The notes below the pieces were generated by a model, which saw only the letters and a list, made by a program, of their open reading frames with translations, had not been told where the DNA came from and did no database searches. A stretch of DNA of 32,000 nt from Erysipelotrichaceae bacterium OH741_COT-311 (GTDB taxonomy: Bacteria; Bacillota_I; Bacilli_A; Erysipelotrichales; Erysipelotrichaceae), in assembly GCA_003858585.1 (NCBI GenBank), contig RQZE01000001.1:1-32000 (forward strand). The letters are read 5' to 3'. Both the position numbers and the translations under genes were made by a program. Below are positions 17,505 to 26,928 of this stretch, one piece after another (within the stretch, counting starts at the first letter, position 1; the number at the start of each line of letters is the position of its first letter).

Positions 17505-19208
17505 TTATTTTTTTGTTTTATGTTTCTTTTTTACATCTTTTTTACCAAAAGCTTTTTCTTTAGCGATTTTACGATCTTTTGATGTAATATCACTATCTTT
17601 CTTTGTTTTGTTACGACGTTTCTTTTCCGTGCTACTTTCAGTTACTTTCTTAGCTTTAAACTGTAAACCTTTTATGGTAGTTTGTTTTAATTCATTTAAA
17701 ATCAATGATTCATATTGCTTTGGAACTTCTACAATTGAATAATGTTCTTTAATCTTTATTTTTCCGATATCTTTTCCACTAAGACCTGTAGCTTCCGTAA
17801 TTGCACCTACAATGAAGGCAGGTTGAAGATTATCTTTTTGTCCAATTGATAGTTCAATTTTGCCATAACCTTTATGAGATACTTTTAATTGTGGTTTTTC
17901 TTCCGTTTTTATTTCCTCAAATAAATCGTGATCAACTAATTTATAGATGAAAGCTTCTGCAAGTTCTTGATATGTATAACCATCCTGAATCATTTGTTGT
18001 ACTAAGTCTTTAATATCATTTGGTATTTTCTTAGCCACTGCATGTTCAAGTTCCATTTTGACATGATGAAAGCGTAGTGTTTTCATTTCTTCTTTATTTG
18101 GCAGCTGTTGATAAGTTACGGTCGCTTTTGTTTTCTTTTCGATATTCTTAATAAGATGTCGTTGTCTTGGTGTAACTAAAGTAATGGCAAGTCCATCTTT
18201 TCCAGCACGTCCGGTACGACCAATACGATGTATGTAATATTCATCTTCTTGTGGGAAATCATAATTAAAGACAACATCCATGTCGTTGACATCAATTCCT
18301 CTAGCAGCAACATCGGTAGCGATTAAAATAGTTATCTTGCGTTCTTTAAATTTATTTAAGACAGCTAAACGCATTTCCTGTTTCATGTCACCATGAATGG
18401 CCGCTGCAGGGTATCCTTTTGACACTAAGTCTTGACATAAATCGTCAACCATTTTTTTGGTATTACAGAAAATCATTGATAACTTTGCATTATATAATTG
18501 CATTAATTGCATCAATGCCATTTTCTTTTGACTTTGATTCATAACATAGTAAAGTTGTTTAATGGTAGTGGCACTAATTTCATGAATTGGTGTCTTGATG
18601 TGTAATGGATGTTTTTGGTATAGATGTGTAATATCTAAGATTGGCTGAGGCATAGTAGCTGAAAATAGAATTGTTTGATGTTCTTCTTTTAGATTCTTAA
18701 GGATTTCTTCAATATCTTCACGAAACCCCATATTTAGCATTTCATCTGCTTCATCAAGAATGATCGTATTACATTCATGTAATTTCAATGTTTTACGATG
18801 AATGTGGTCAATAATTCTTCCTGGAGTTCCCACAACAACGTGACATCCCTTTTTTAGTTCACTGATTTGTTTTGCAATCGGACTTCCTCCGTAAATGCAA
18901 GTGGTTCTTATTTCTTCTTTGTATTTTGCAAATTTTTTAAGTTCAGCTTCTACTTGTAAAGCTAATTCTCTTGTTGGAGATAAAATGATTGCATAGGGAT
19001 GCTTTACTGGTTCATTGTTTAATTTTTCAATTAATGGAATCGAAAAGGCTGCTGTTTTTCCTGTTCCCGTTTGTGATTGTCCAATCACATCCGCATTGTT
19101 TAAAATGGATGGTATACATGCTGCTTGAATATAGGTTGCTTCATTATAGCCAACATCTTCAATTGCACGTAATAGAGGTTTCGATAAGTTTAATTCAATA
19201 AATTTCAT
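17505..19208 (-). CDS. DEAD-box ATP-dependent RNA helicase (CshA/DeaD-like) with a DbpA-type C-terminal RNA-binding domain and a Lys-rich tail
   Basis: 567 aa with Q motif/motif I GQSQTGTGKT, DEAD, SAT and HRIGRTGRAG. The C-terminal segment GKIELSIGQKDNLQPAFIVGAITE...IKIKEHYSIVEVP is DbpA-like. The tail is KKRRNKTKKD...KKKHKTKK. Confidence 0.92.
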   Translation of the reverse strand: MKFIELNLSKPLLRAIEDVGYNEATYIQAACIPSILNNADVIGQSQTGTGKTAAFSIPLIEKLNNEPVKHPYAIILSPTRELALQVEAELKKFAKYKEEIRTTCIYGGSPIAKQISELKKGCHVVVGTPGRIIDHIHRKTLKLHECNTIILDEADEMLNMGFREDIEEILKNLKEEHQTILFSATMPQPILDITHLYQKHPLHIKTPIHEISATTIKQLYYVMNQSQKKMALMQLMQLYNAKLSMIFCNTKKMVDDLCQDLVSKGYPAAAIHGDMKQEMRLAVLNKFKERKITILIATDVAARGIDVNDMDVVFNYDFPQEDEYYIHRIGRTGRAGKDGLAITLVTPRQRHLIKNIEKKTKATVTYQQLPNKEEMKTLRFHHVKMELEHAVAKKIPNDIKDLVQQMIQDGYTYQELAEAFIYKLVDHDLFEEIKTEEKPQLKVSHKGYGKIELSIGQKDNLQPAFIVGAITEATGLSGKDIGKIKIKEHYSIVEVPKQYESLILNELKQTTIKGLQFKAKKVTESSTEKKRRNKTKKDSDITSKDRKIAKEKAFGKKDVKKKHKTKK

Positions 19209-19316
19209 AGTTTCTTCTTTCTATAACCCGTGTAGTATAACATTATATATTTTAAAAGTAAATTGTATATTATAATATTATGTAGTATTATTATACTTTA
19301 TAAAGAAGGTAGTTAT

Positions 19317-20711
19317 ATGTTAAAACAAAAAATTTCGTTAAGTAATCTTTTACGTAAAATTGGACCGGCAAGGTTATTGTCTTTATCTTTTATACTTGTT
19401 ATTTTAACTGGTACATTTTTTTTAAGCTTACCTATTAGTAATAAACAAGCTCCTTTATCTTTTTTAGATAACTTATTTATGGCTACCACTTCAACTTGTG
19501 TAACAGGATTAGTCGTTGTTCCGGTTGTAGAACAGTATACTTTTTTTGGACAGTTTGTTTTATTAGTTTTAATTCAGGTAGGTGGATTGGGCTTGATGAG
19601 TTTTATTGCTTTGTTTATCGTATTTTTACGTAATAAACTCCATCATAATGAAAAGATTATGATGCAAGATGCCTTGAATAAATTAGATTTACAAAATATT
19701 CCTTCTTTTTTACGTAGTTTGTTCATGTATACATTTCTATTTGAAAGTATTGGAGCATGTATTTTAATGTTTGTCTTTATACCAAAGTATGGATGGGGAC
19801 AAGGTATGTTTAATGCCATTTTCTTAGCAATTTCAGCTTTTTGTAATGCTGGAATTGATAATATGTATACCAATAGTTTAATGCCGTATAGTCAACATGT
19901 AGTTGTGAATCTTACTATTGCATGTTTAATTATTACTGGTGGTCTTGGTTTTGCTGTTTGGATTAATATAAAAGAAGAAATTCGTCGTTTTTATAAGGAT
20001 AAATATCCCATTGCTTTTTTCTTTGATAAATTAAAGATTCATACTAAAATAGTCTTATTTATGACGTTTACTTTAATTGTTGCAGGTATGGTTTTAATAC
20101 TCATTTTAGAATGGAATAATCCTAATACATTAGGTAGTTATGGAATTGCAGATCGTTTCTTAATCGCTTTCTTTAATTCGGTTACCTTACGAACAGCAGG
20201 TTTTGCAACGTTAAACTATGGATTATTAAATCGAGGTTTATTGGCAATTATGTGTGTATTTATGTTTATTGGCGGATCAAGTGGCGGTACAGCCGGTGGT
20301 ATTAAAACATCAACCATCTTTATTATTTTAACTTCTTTATTTAAGCAATTAAGAGGTTACAATCACGTTCATACATACAAAAAAGAAATTTCAATGGAAC
20401 AATTTCGTAAGGCTTTCGCTATTTTCTTTATTTATATGATTATTATTTTTATAGCGATTGTTATATTATTGCAAAGTGAAACATTACCAACTATGACATT
20501 GTTATTTGAAGCATTTAGTGCTATTGGTACGGTTGGTTTATCAGTAGGTATTACTTCATTATTAACAAGTATAGGAAAAATTGTTATAATATTGCTGATG
20601 TTTATAGGGCGTGTCGGTCCTATTACCATTACATTGTCAATTATAAAAAATGCACGTAATAGAAAGGTTAATGCTTTAGAGTATCCTCAAGCGGAGCTGT
20701 TAATAGGTTAA
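19317..20711 (+). CDS. ktrB: Potassium uptake protein, TrkH/KtrB family membrane subunit
   Basis: Four P-loop-like selectivity motifs (TSTCVTGL, CNAGID, LRTAGFAT, IGTVGLSVG) and multiple TM segments. The start is set at ATG 19317 (RBS aagaaggt); the track start 19263 is a TTG in AT-rich promoter DNA. Confidence 0.87.
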   Translation: MLKQKISLSNLLRKIGPARLLSLSFILVILTGTFFLSLPISNKQAPLSFLDNLFMATTSTCVTGLVVVPVVEQYTFFGQFVLLVLIQVGGLGLMSFIALFIVFLRNKLHHNEKIMMQDALNKLDLQNIPSFLRSLFMYTFLFESIGACILMFVFIPKYGWGQGMFNAIFLAISAFCNAGIDNMYTNSLMPYSQHVVVNLTIACLIITGGLGFAVWINIKEEIRRFYKDKYPIAFFFDKLKIHTKIVLFMTFTLIVAGMVLILILEWNNPNTLGSYGIADRFLIAFFNSVTLRTAGFATLNYGLLNRGLLAIMCVFMFIGGSSGGTAGGIKTSTIFIILTSLFKQLRGYNHVHTYKKEISMEQFRKAFAIFFIYMIIIFIAIVILLQSETLPTMTLLFEAFSAIGTVGLSVGITSLLTSIGKIVIILLMFIGRVGPITITLSIIKNARNRKVNALEYPQAELLIG

Positions 20712-20714
20712 AAT

Positions 20715-21383
20715 ATGGAAAGAAAAACGTATGTAATTTTAGGTTTAGGAATATTTGGTTCAACGATTGCTACAAAGCTTTCAGAGTTAAATCATGATGT
20801 AATTGCCATTGATAAAAATATGGAATGCGTAGAACGTATTTCAAATGAAGTAGTACAAGCAATTCGTGCTGACTTTACAGATATTGAACAATTAAAAGCG
20901 ATTGATATTCAAGATGCGGATGTTGCTGTTGTCGCAACGGGATCACATTTAGAAGAAAGTATTATGGCTATTATGAATTTAAAGGAATTAAAGGTTCCTT
21001 ACATTCTTGCAAAAGCTAAAAATAAAAAGTATATGCAGGTTCTTTTAAAAATCGGTGCAGATAGGGTTATTCGACCGGAACGTGAAATGGGAGAACGTGT
21101 TGCCAAGCAGTTGGTTTCAAGCAATATCGTTGATCTTATTGACATTGATGATGATTATAGTGTTGTGGAGATTATAGCTCCTAAGACATGGGTTAATAAA
21201 TCATTAATTGAATTGGATTTACGCAAACGCTTTGGAATTAACGTATTAGGTATACGCAAAAAACCCAAAGAACATTTATCGATATCACCAAATGCACAAT
21301 ATGTTATTGAAGAAAATGATCGTCTTTTAGTTATTGCTGATAAAGCGTTATTTTCAAAGTTAGATGATATTCTAGCAAAATAG
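20715..21383 (+). CDS. ktrA: Potassium uptake regulatory subunit KtrA/TrkA (RCK_N + RCK_C)
   Basis: 222 aa with the Rossmann motif ILGLGIFGS and an RCK_C-like C-terminal half. Starts 3 nt after ktrB. Confidence 0.87.
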   Translation: MERKTYVILGLGIFGSTIATKLSELNHDVIAIDKNMECVERISNEVVQAIRADFTDIEQLKAIDIQDADVAVVATGSHLEESIMAIMNLKELKVPYILAKAKNKKYMQVLLKIGADRVIRPEREMGERVAKQLVSSNIVDLIDIDDDYSVVEIIAPKTWVNKSLIELDLRKRFGINVLGIRKKPKEHLSISPNAQYVIEENDRLLVIADKALFSKLDDILAK

Positions 21384-21421
21384 GCACATTCGTGCATTTT
21401 TCTATTTAAAGGAGGGATTTG

Positions 21422-23212
21422 ATGTTTAAATTACTATATAAACACATGCATAAATATAAATATCTTATGTTATTAGTGATATTGTTTACGGTATTATTTA
21501 CACTAGCATCTTTATTATCAGGTTTAGTCTATAATTTTGTGATCGATCATGTCATCAATAATCAACCAGTGCATAATCCAATCATTCGATTTATTGCATC
21601 TTTATTTTATGGTATAGAATTTATACAACAACATTTTTGGATTACAGCTATTTTAATGATTAGTATTTATGGCTGTGTATATCTTTTACAATTTTTAAAA
21701 GATAGTTTACAAACCATTGTTAGTGAACATACAACATTTCATTTAAGAAATGCTTTGTTTGAACATTTACAATTAATACCTTATGCTACATACAATGAAT
21801 TAAAAACAGGTGATATTGTACAACGTTGTTCATCTGATGTAGACACTTTAAAACGTTTTATAGGATCTACATTTTCAGAATTAATCTATGCTCTTTCCAT
21901 TCCATTTATTGCGGTTGCGATTTTGTTTAATATTAATTTTAAAATGGCTTTTGTTTCTTTAATCGCTATTCCATTGCTAATTGTATTGGTTGTTATTTAT
22001 TCTAAAAATATTGCGAAATCTTTTTTAATCAGTGATGAAGCGGATGGTGAATTAAATACCGTTGTTCAAGAATCTCTTACCGGTATTCGTGTGGTAAAAG
22101 CGTTTAATCGTGAGCAATATGAAATGCAAAAATTTGAAGAAAAAAATATGGCATATCGTAAAGTTACAGAAAAATTAATTGAATTAATTGGTATTTACTG
22201 GTCAAGTGCCAGCTTAATTGCTTTTCTTCAAATTATGTTTATTGTTGGTTTTGGTATTTTTCAAGTCCGTAATCAAACCTTAACACTTGGACAATTATTT
22301 TTATTTGTAACATATTCTTCTTCCATTGTATGGCCAATTACGAATTTAGGCAGATTAATTGGAGATGCCGGTAAAGCATATATTGCAGCGAAGCGTATCA
22401 ATGAAATCTTTGCTTATCCGATTGAAGATATCGATGTAGGAGAAGAATATCCAATTAAAGGGGAAATTGTTTTTCATCAGGTATCGTTTCATTATGGTGA
22501 TAGTAATCAAACAATTTTATCAAACATTGATTTAACGATACCTGTTGGAAGTAGTGTAGCTATTATTGGACCTACCGGAAGTGGAAAAAGCAGCTTAGTT
22601 CACTTATTATGTCGTTTAAATGATGTAAGTGAAGGAGCTATCTATATTGATGGTCATAATATCAATACGTTTAGTAAAAGATACTTACGTAAACATATTG
22701 GTATTGTATTACAAGAACCTTTTCTTTTTTCAAAAAGTATTTATGATAACATTGCATTAAACAACGAACATCAAGATTCAAGTTATGTTGATTCTGCAAC
22801 GAAGGCTGCATCTATTTATGATGTAATCCAACAGTTTGATCAAGGATTTCATACTTTAGTAGGTGAAAAAGGGGTTACTTTATCCGGTGGTCAAAAACAA
22901 CGTGTGGCAATTGCACGTACCATTATTCATCCATATCCTATTTTAATTTTTGATGATTCTTTATCTGCAGTAGACAATATGACGGAAAAAAATATTCGTC
23001 GTGCTTTAAAAGAGACTGCAAAAGATTCTACAAAGTTAATTATTACGCAGCGCATTAATACTTGTATGGATGCAGATTTCATTGTTGTTTTAGAAGGGGG
23101 AAATATTTCAGCAATTGGAACTCATCAAGAATTAATTTTAAAAGAGGGATTATATAAACGTATCTATGAAATTCAAAGCCAAATGATTTTAGGAGGTGAG
23201 CAAGATGACTAA
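21422..23212 (+). CDS. ABC exporter half-transporter (TMD-NBD), the subunit carrying the degenerate ATP site
   Basis: Six predicted N-terminal TM helices, Walker A GPTGSGKSS, signature LSGGQKQR, Walker B ILIFDD followed by S (Asp where the catalytic Glu normally sits) and switch-loop ITQRIN (Gln for His). The start is ATG 21422, 6 nt after GGAGG. Confidence 0.9.
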   Translation: MFKLLYKHMHKYKYLMLLVILFTVLFTLASLLSGLVYNFVIDHVINNQPVHNPIIRFIASLFYGIEFIQQHFWITAILMISIYGCVYLLQFLKDSLQTIVSEHTTFHLRNALFEHLQLIPYATYNELKTGDIVQRCSSDVDTLKRFIGSTFSELIYALSIPFIAVAILFNINFKMAFVSLIAIPLLIVLVVIYSKNIAKSFLISDEADGELNTVVQESLTGIRVVKAFNREQYEMQKFEEKNMAYRKVTEKLIELIGIYWSSASLIAFLQIMFIVGFGIFQVRNQTLTLGQLFLFVTYSSSIVWPITNLGRLIGDAGKAYIAAKRINEIFAYPIEDIDVGEEYPIKGEIVFHQVSFHYGDSNQTILSNIDLTIPVGSSVAIIGPTGSGKSSLVHLLCRLNDVSEGAIYIDGHNINTFSKRYLRKHIGIVLQEPFLFSKSIYDNIALNNEHQDSSYVDSATKAASIYDVIQQFDQGFHTLVGEKGVTLSGGQKQRVAIARTIIHPYPILIFDDSLSAVDNMTEKNIRRALKETAKDSTKLIITQRINTCMDADFIVVLEGGNISAIGTHQELILKEGLYKRIYEIQSQMILGGEQDD

Positions 23213-25061
23213 TCGTTTTCAAGAACAAGATTTTAGTAATACGAAATTCAAGTTTAGTAGCTGGTTACGCTTAGCTAAAGTTTATTTGCCAATTAAAAAA
23301 ACCTTATTATCGGCATTGATTATTAATACGATTACACCTTTATCAGAAATTTTATTTCCGTTAATCAATAGTTATGCTATTGACTATTTCTTAATTAAAA
23401 ATGGTGATTTAGATAAAATTCCATTGTTTATTGGTGTATCTTTTTTCGTTATTATTGTTACTATTATTGGTTATTTATTATTCTTTAAACATTGTGCCAA
23501 ATTAGAAATGTTTTTTGCTTATTCCTTAAAACAAGAGTTATTCCATAAATTACAAAAAATGTCTTTTTCTTATTTCGATGTAACTCCAGTTGGATGGATT
23601 ATTAGCCGTGTTACCAGTGATGTAAACCGTTTAGCTGAAATCATGTCATGGGCATTGATTGATTTGTTTTCAGGTTTAGGCTATTTAGTGTTTGCTACAA
23701 CCATCATGTTAATTGTTAATTATAAATTAGCACTACTTGTATTAATTGTAGTTCCATTTATTTATTATATTAGTTACTGGTTTCAAATTCGTATATTAAA
23801 GAATTACCGTGGAATACGTCGTTTAAACTCTATTATTACCGGACGTTTTAATGAAGGGATTCAAGGAGCTAAGACAACTAAAACATTAGGGATTGAAACC
23901 TTAAATCTAGATGAGTTTAAAGGCGATACATTGAATATGAAGCATACAAGCATTAAAGCTGGTTTATTTTCAAATATCTATCGTCCATTGATTAACTTTG
24001 TTTCTTCTTTTGCCATTGCATTAGTAATTTGGCAAGGAGGACATCAAGTATTTCAAGGTGTGATTTCATTTGGAACACTGTTATTATTTTTGCAATATGC
24101 AAATCAATTTTTTCAACCATTGCGTAATTTTGCTAATATTTATGCAGAAGCACAGAATGCTTCTGCAAATGCAGAGCGTATTTTCAGCTTATTAGATGAA
24201 GAAATTGCAATTGTAGATACCAAGGAAGTCATTGAAAAGTATGGTACTATTTTACAACCTAAAACAGAGAATTATGAAGATATAAAGGGTGATATTGAAT
24301 TTAAAGACATTGAATTTTATTATAATCAAAAGGAACCAATTTTAAAAGACTTTAATTTAAAGGTTCAAGCCGGACAAACGGTTGCTTTAATTGGAGAAAC
24401 AGGAAGTGGAAAAAGTACAATTGTAAATTTATTGTGTCGTTTTTATGAACCTATTTCTGGGGAGATATTAATTGATGGTGTAGACTATCGTAAACGATCA
24501 ATCGGTTGGTTACATAGTAAAATAGGGTATGTTTTACAAGCTCCACATCTATTTTCTGGCACGATCATGGAAAATATTCGTTATGGAAATTTAAATGCCG
24601 AAGATGAAGATATATATCGTGCATGTAAATTATTAAAGGCAGATGAGTTTATTGAAAAACTAGATAAAGGTTATCAAAGTGATGTTGGAGAAGGTGGAAA
24701 CAAACTTTCTACAGGACAAAAACAATTAATCTCTTTTGCAAGAGCAATTGTAGCGAATCCAAGTATCTATGTGTTAGATGAAGCAACGTCTTCTATTGAT
24801 AGTGAAACAGAAAAGATTATTCAATATACCATTGAACATGTCATGAAAGATAAAACAACATTTATTATTGCTCATCGTTTGAGTACCATTGTAAATGCTG
24901 ATGTTATTTTAGTAATCCAAAATGGTAAAATCATAGAACAGGGTAATCATGAAACATTAATGAATTTAAAACAACATTATTACCGTTTATATACAAATCA
25001 ATTTAATGAACAGTTACAAGATGAACTAATGAAAGGTGTTAAACATGAAGCATTTGAATAA
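23205..25061 (+). CDS. ABC exporter half-transporter (TMD-NBD), the subunit carrying the consensus ATP site
   Basis: Walker A GETGSGKST, Walker B IYVLDEATS (catalytic Glu present), H-loop IAHRLST and an atypical signature LSTGQKQL. The start is ATG 23205, 8 nt after AGGAGG, overlapping the upstream stop (ATGACTAA). The track GTG at 23196 sits on the RBS. Confidence 0.9.
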   Translation: MTNRFQEQDFSNTKFKFSSWLRLAKVYLPIKKTLLSALIINTITPLSEILFPLINSYAIDYFLIKNGDLDKIPLFIGVSFFVIIVTIIGYLLFFKHCAKLEMFFAYSLKQELFHKLQKMSFSYFDVTPVGWIISRVTSDVNRLAEIMSWALIDLFSGLGYLVFATTIMLIVNYKLALLVLIVVPFIYYISYWFQIRILKNYRGIRRLNSIITGRFNEGIQGAKTTKTLGIETLNLDEFKGDTLNMKHTSIKAGLFSNIYRPLINFVSSFAIALVIWQGGHQVFQGVISFGTLLLFLQYANQFFQPLRNFANIYAEAQNASANAERIFSLLDEEIAIVDTKEVIEKYGTILQPKTENYEDIKGDIEFKDIEFYYNQKEPILKDFNLKVQAGQTVALIGETGSGKSTIVNLLCRFYEPISGEILIDGVDYRKRSIGWLHSKIGYVLQAPHLFSGTIMENIRYGNLNAEDEDIYRACKLLKADEFIEKLDKGYQSDVGEGGNKLSTGQKQLISFARAIVANPSIYVLDEATSSIDSETEKIIQYTIEHVMKDKTTFIIAHRLSTIVNADVILVIQNGKIIEQGNHETLMNLKQHYYRLYTNQFNEQLQDELMKGVKHEAFE

Positions 25062-25512
25062 TGGCATTTATCTTGATTTTAAACAACATTTAATGATACG
25101 TGTTGTAGATGATGTATTTACCAATTATGAAATAAAGGCATTAAAACATCATACAATCAATATTCACTTTATAAGTAAAGGTATGGTAAAGCTGTTTTTA
25201 ATACAGATTAATGATTGTCTTGAAACCAGTGATATTCCATTTTCTTATCAAGATTTAGATCACATCGATGATTTCTTGCATAATAATGTTTTAGAAATCG
25301 TCTTTGAAACAAAAGGGAAAGTAATGGCTAGTCGTCGTTTAACGTTACCAAAAGGCTTTATGGATATACTTAAAGAAGATTATCTTCAAGATCAAACGGC
25401 TTCTTATCCATTCGAGGAGTTTGATGATGTATTACATAGAATTTATCAAAGATATGAGCCATTTGAATTAGAGGAAGACGCTATTGCAACATTTTCAAGT
25501 AGTTTAATTTAA
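25045..25512 (+). CDS. Hypothetical acidic cytoplasmic protein, translationally coupled to the ABC pair
   Basis: 155 aa from ATG 25045 (RBS gaaagg 8 nt upstream). Overlaps the ABC gene end by 17 nt. No TM segment, signal peptide or recognisable motif. Confidence 0.55.
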   Translation: MKHLNNGIYLDFKQHLMIRVVDDVFTNYEIKALKHHTINIHFISKGMVKLFLIQINDCLETSDIPFSYQDLDHIDDFLHNNVLEIVFETKGKVMASRRLTLPKGFMDILKEDYLQDQTASYPFEEFDDVLHRIYQRYEPFELEEDAIATFSSSLI

Positions 25513-25556
25513 TATTGATGTTATATTTGTTATAATGAGTAAAGATTGGAGTTTAC

Positions 25557-26027
25557 ATGAACATTAAAATAAGTCACATTCTATTATTGTTATTTACAGT
25601 TGCATCAGATTTTTTAACAAAACATTACATTAGTACAAATCTCAAATTGTATGAAACAATTGAGATTATTCCTAATTTTTTTGATATTACTTATGTATTA
25701 AATGATGGTGCAGCTTGGTCTATATTAAAAGGACAAATTATATTCTTTTACATCATTAGTGTTATTGCCTTGGGAGTTTTAGTTTTTATGTATGTAAAAA
25801 CATATTATAACGATAAATTATCTAAACTTGGGATTGTACTTATGATTGGTGGGACGATTGGTAATTTCATTGATCGTTTACGTTTTCAATACGTGATTGA
25901 TTTCTTATCTTTTCAATTTGGAAGTTATCATTTCCCGGTATTTAATTTAGCAGATTCATTTTTAGTCATTGGAGTAGGTTGTTTAATTTTTTCTATGTTA
26001 CTAAAAAAAGAGGGACATTATGTGTAA
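25557..26027 (+). CDS. lspA: Lipoprotein signal peptidase (signal peptidase II)
   Basis: 156 aa, 4 TM segments, conserved NDGAAWS and FNLADS (catalytic Asp) motifs. An extended -10 (TGtTATAAT, 25528-25536) lies upstream. Confidence 0.9.
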   Translation: MNIKISHILLLLFTVASDFLTKHYISTNLKLYETIEIIPNFFDITYVLNDGAAWSILKGQIIFFYIISVIALGVLVFMYVKTYYNDKLSKLGIVLMIGGTIGNFIDRLRFQYVIDFLSFQFGSYHFPVFNLADSFLVIGVGCLIFSMLLKKEGHYV

Positions 26028-26928
26028 ACAATTACAAATTGAACAAGAACTGGATTGTATTCGTTTAGATAAGTATTTAGCCTTACACACTGAATTTTCT
26101 CGTAGTCGCATTCAGCAGCTCATTGATGAAGAATGTATTTATGTGAATGATACGATTGTAAAAGCGAATTATAAGTTAAAGTTAAAGGATGAAATTAAAA
26201 TAAAACTACCAGAAATTGTGGAAACCATTGCTAAGCCTATGAAAATGGATTTGGATATTGTTTATGAAGATACTGATTTATTAGTAATAAATAAGCAAAA
26301 AGGCTTAGTAGTACATCCGGGAAATGGAAATTATGATAATACACTTGTCAATGGATTACTCTATTATTGTAAAGATTTAAGTGGTATTAATGGTGTATTA
26401 AGACCTGGTATTGTTCATCGTATCGATAAAGATACATCCGGCTTATTAATTGTTTGTAAAAATGACTTTACACATCAAGCCATTGCGAAACAGCTTGAAG
26501 AAAAAACATGTAAGCGTAAATATCTTGCATTGGTACATGGAGTAATTCCTCATGATTATGGTACTATTGATGCTCCCATCGGACGTGATAGTAAGGATCG
26601 TCAAAAAATGACGGTGACACAACATAATTCAAAAAACGCTATTACACATTTTAAAGTGATAAAACGTTATGATAAGTATACTTTGGTAGAATGTGAATTA
26701 TTAACTGGACGTACACATCAAATTCGTGTACACATGCAATATATTAAATATCCTATTGTTGGTGATCCACGTTATGGTTATAAAAAAACATTGGAAACAC
26801 AAGGACAAATGTTGCATGCTTATCAAATTACCTTTACCCATCCAAGAACCAATGAAGTCATGACATTAGAAGCTCAACCACCAGAAATATTTAGAAAAAC
26901 ACTAGCTTTCATTGAAGGGGAGATATAA
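26020..26928 (+). CDS. rluD: 23S rRNA pseudouridine synthase, RluA family (RluD-like)
   Basis: 302 aa with an N-terminal S4 domain, the catalytic motif HRIDKDTSGLL and GRTHQIRVH. Overlaps lspA by 8 nt; lspA-rluD is a conserved pair. Confidence 0.9.
   Translation: MCKQLQIEQELDCIRLDKYLALHTEFSRSRIQQLIDEECIYVNDTIVKANYKLKLKDEIKIKLPEIVETIAKPMKMDLDIVYEDTDLLVINKQKGLVVHPGNGNYDNTLVNGLLYYCKDLSGINGVLRPGIVHRIDKDTSGLLIVCKNDFTHQAIAKQLEEKTCKRKYLALVHGVIPHDYGTIDAPIGRDSKDRQKMTVTQHNSKNAITHFKVIKRYDKYTLVECELLTGRTHQIRVHMQYIKYPIVGDPRYGYKKTLETQGQMLHAYQITFTHPRTNEVMTLEAQPPEIFRKTLAFIEGEI

Noticed and set aside
19209-19316. Possible c-di-AMP (ydaO/kimA-type) riboswitch upstream of ktrAB, as found in B. subtilis.
   Set aside because: Only ~108 nt of very AT-rich DNA is shared with the divergent helicase promoter. 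It shows no ACGGGG/CCGAA-type conserved cores or structured GC stems and is too short for that riboswitch.
21384-21405. Possible terminator after ktrA (gcac attc gtgc followed by ttttt).
   Set aside because: The stem is only 4 bp, too weak to call.
5893-25044. Non-ATG or upstream starts proposed by the ORF track for valS (TTG 5893), ktrB (TTG 19263), ABC-1 (TTG 21419), ABC-2 (GTG 23196), the small ORF (GTG 25036) and ispA (ATG 30598).
   Set aside because: In each case a downstream ATG has proper SD spacing. The track start overlaps the SD itself, a terminator, a promoter or the preceding gene.
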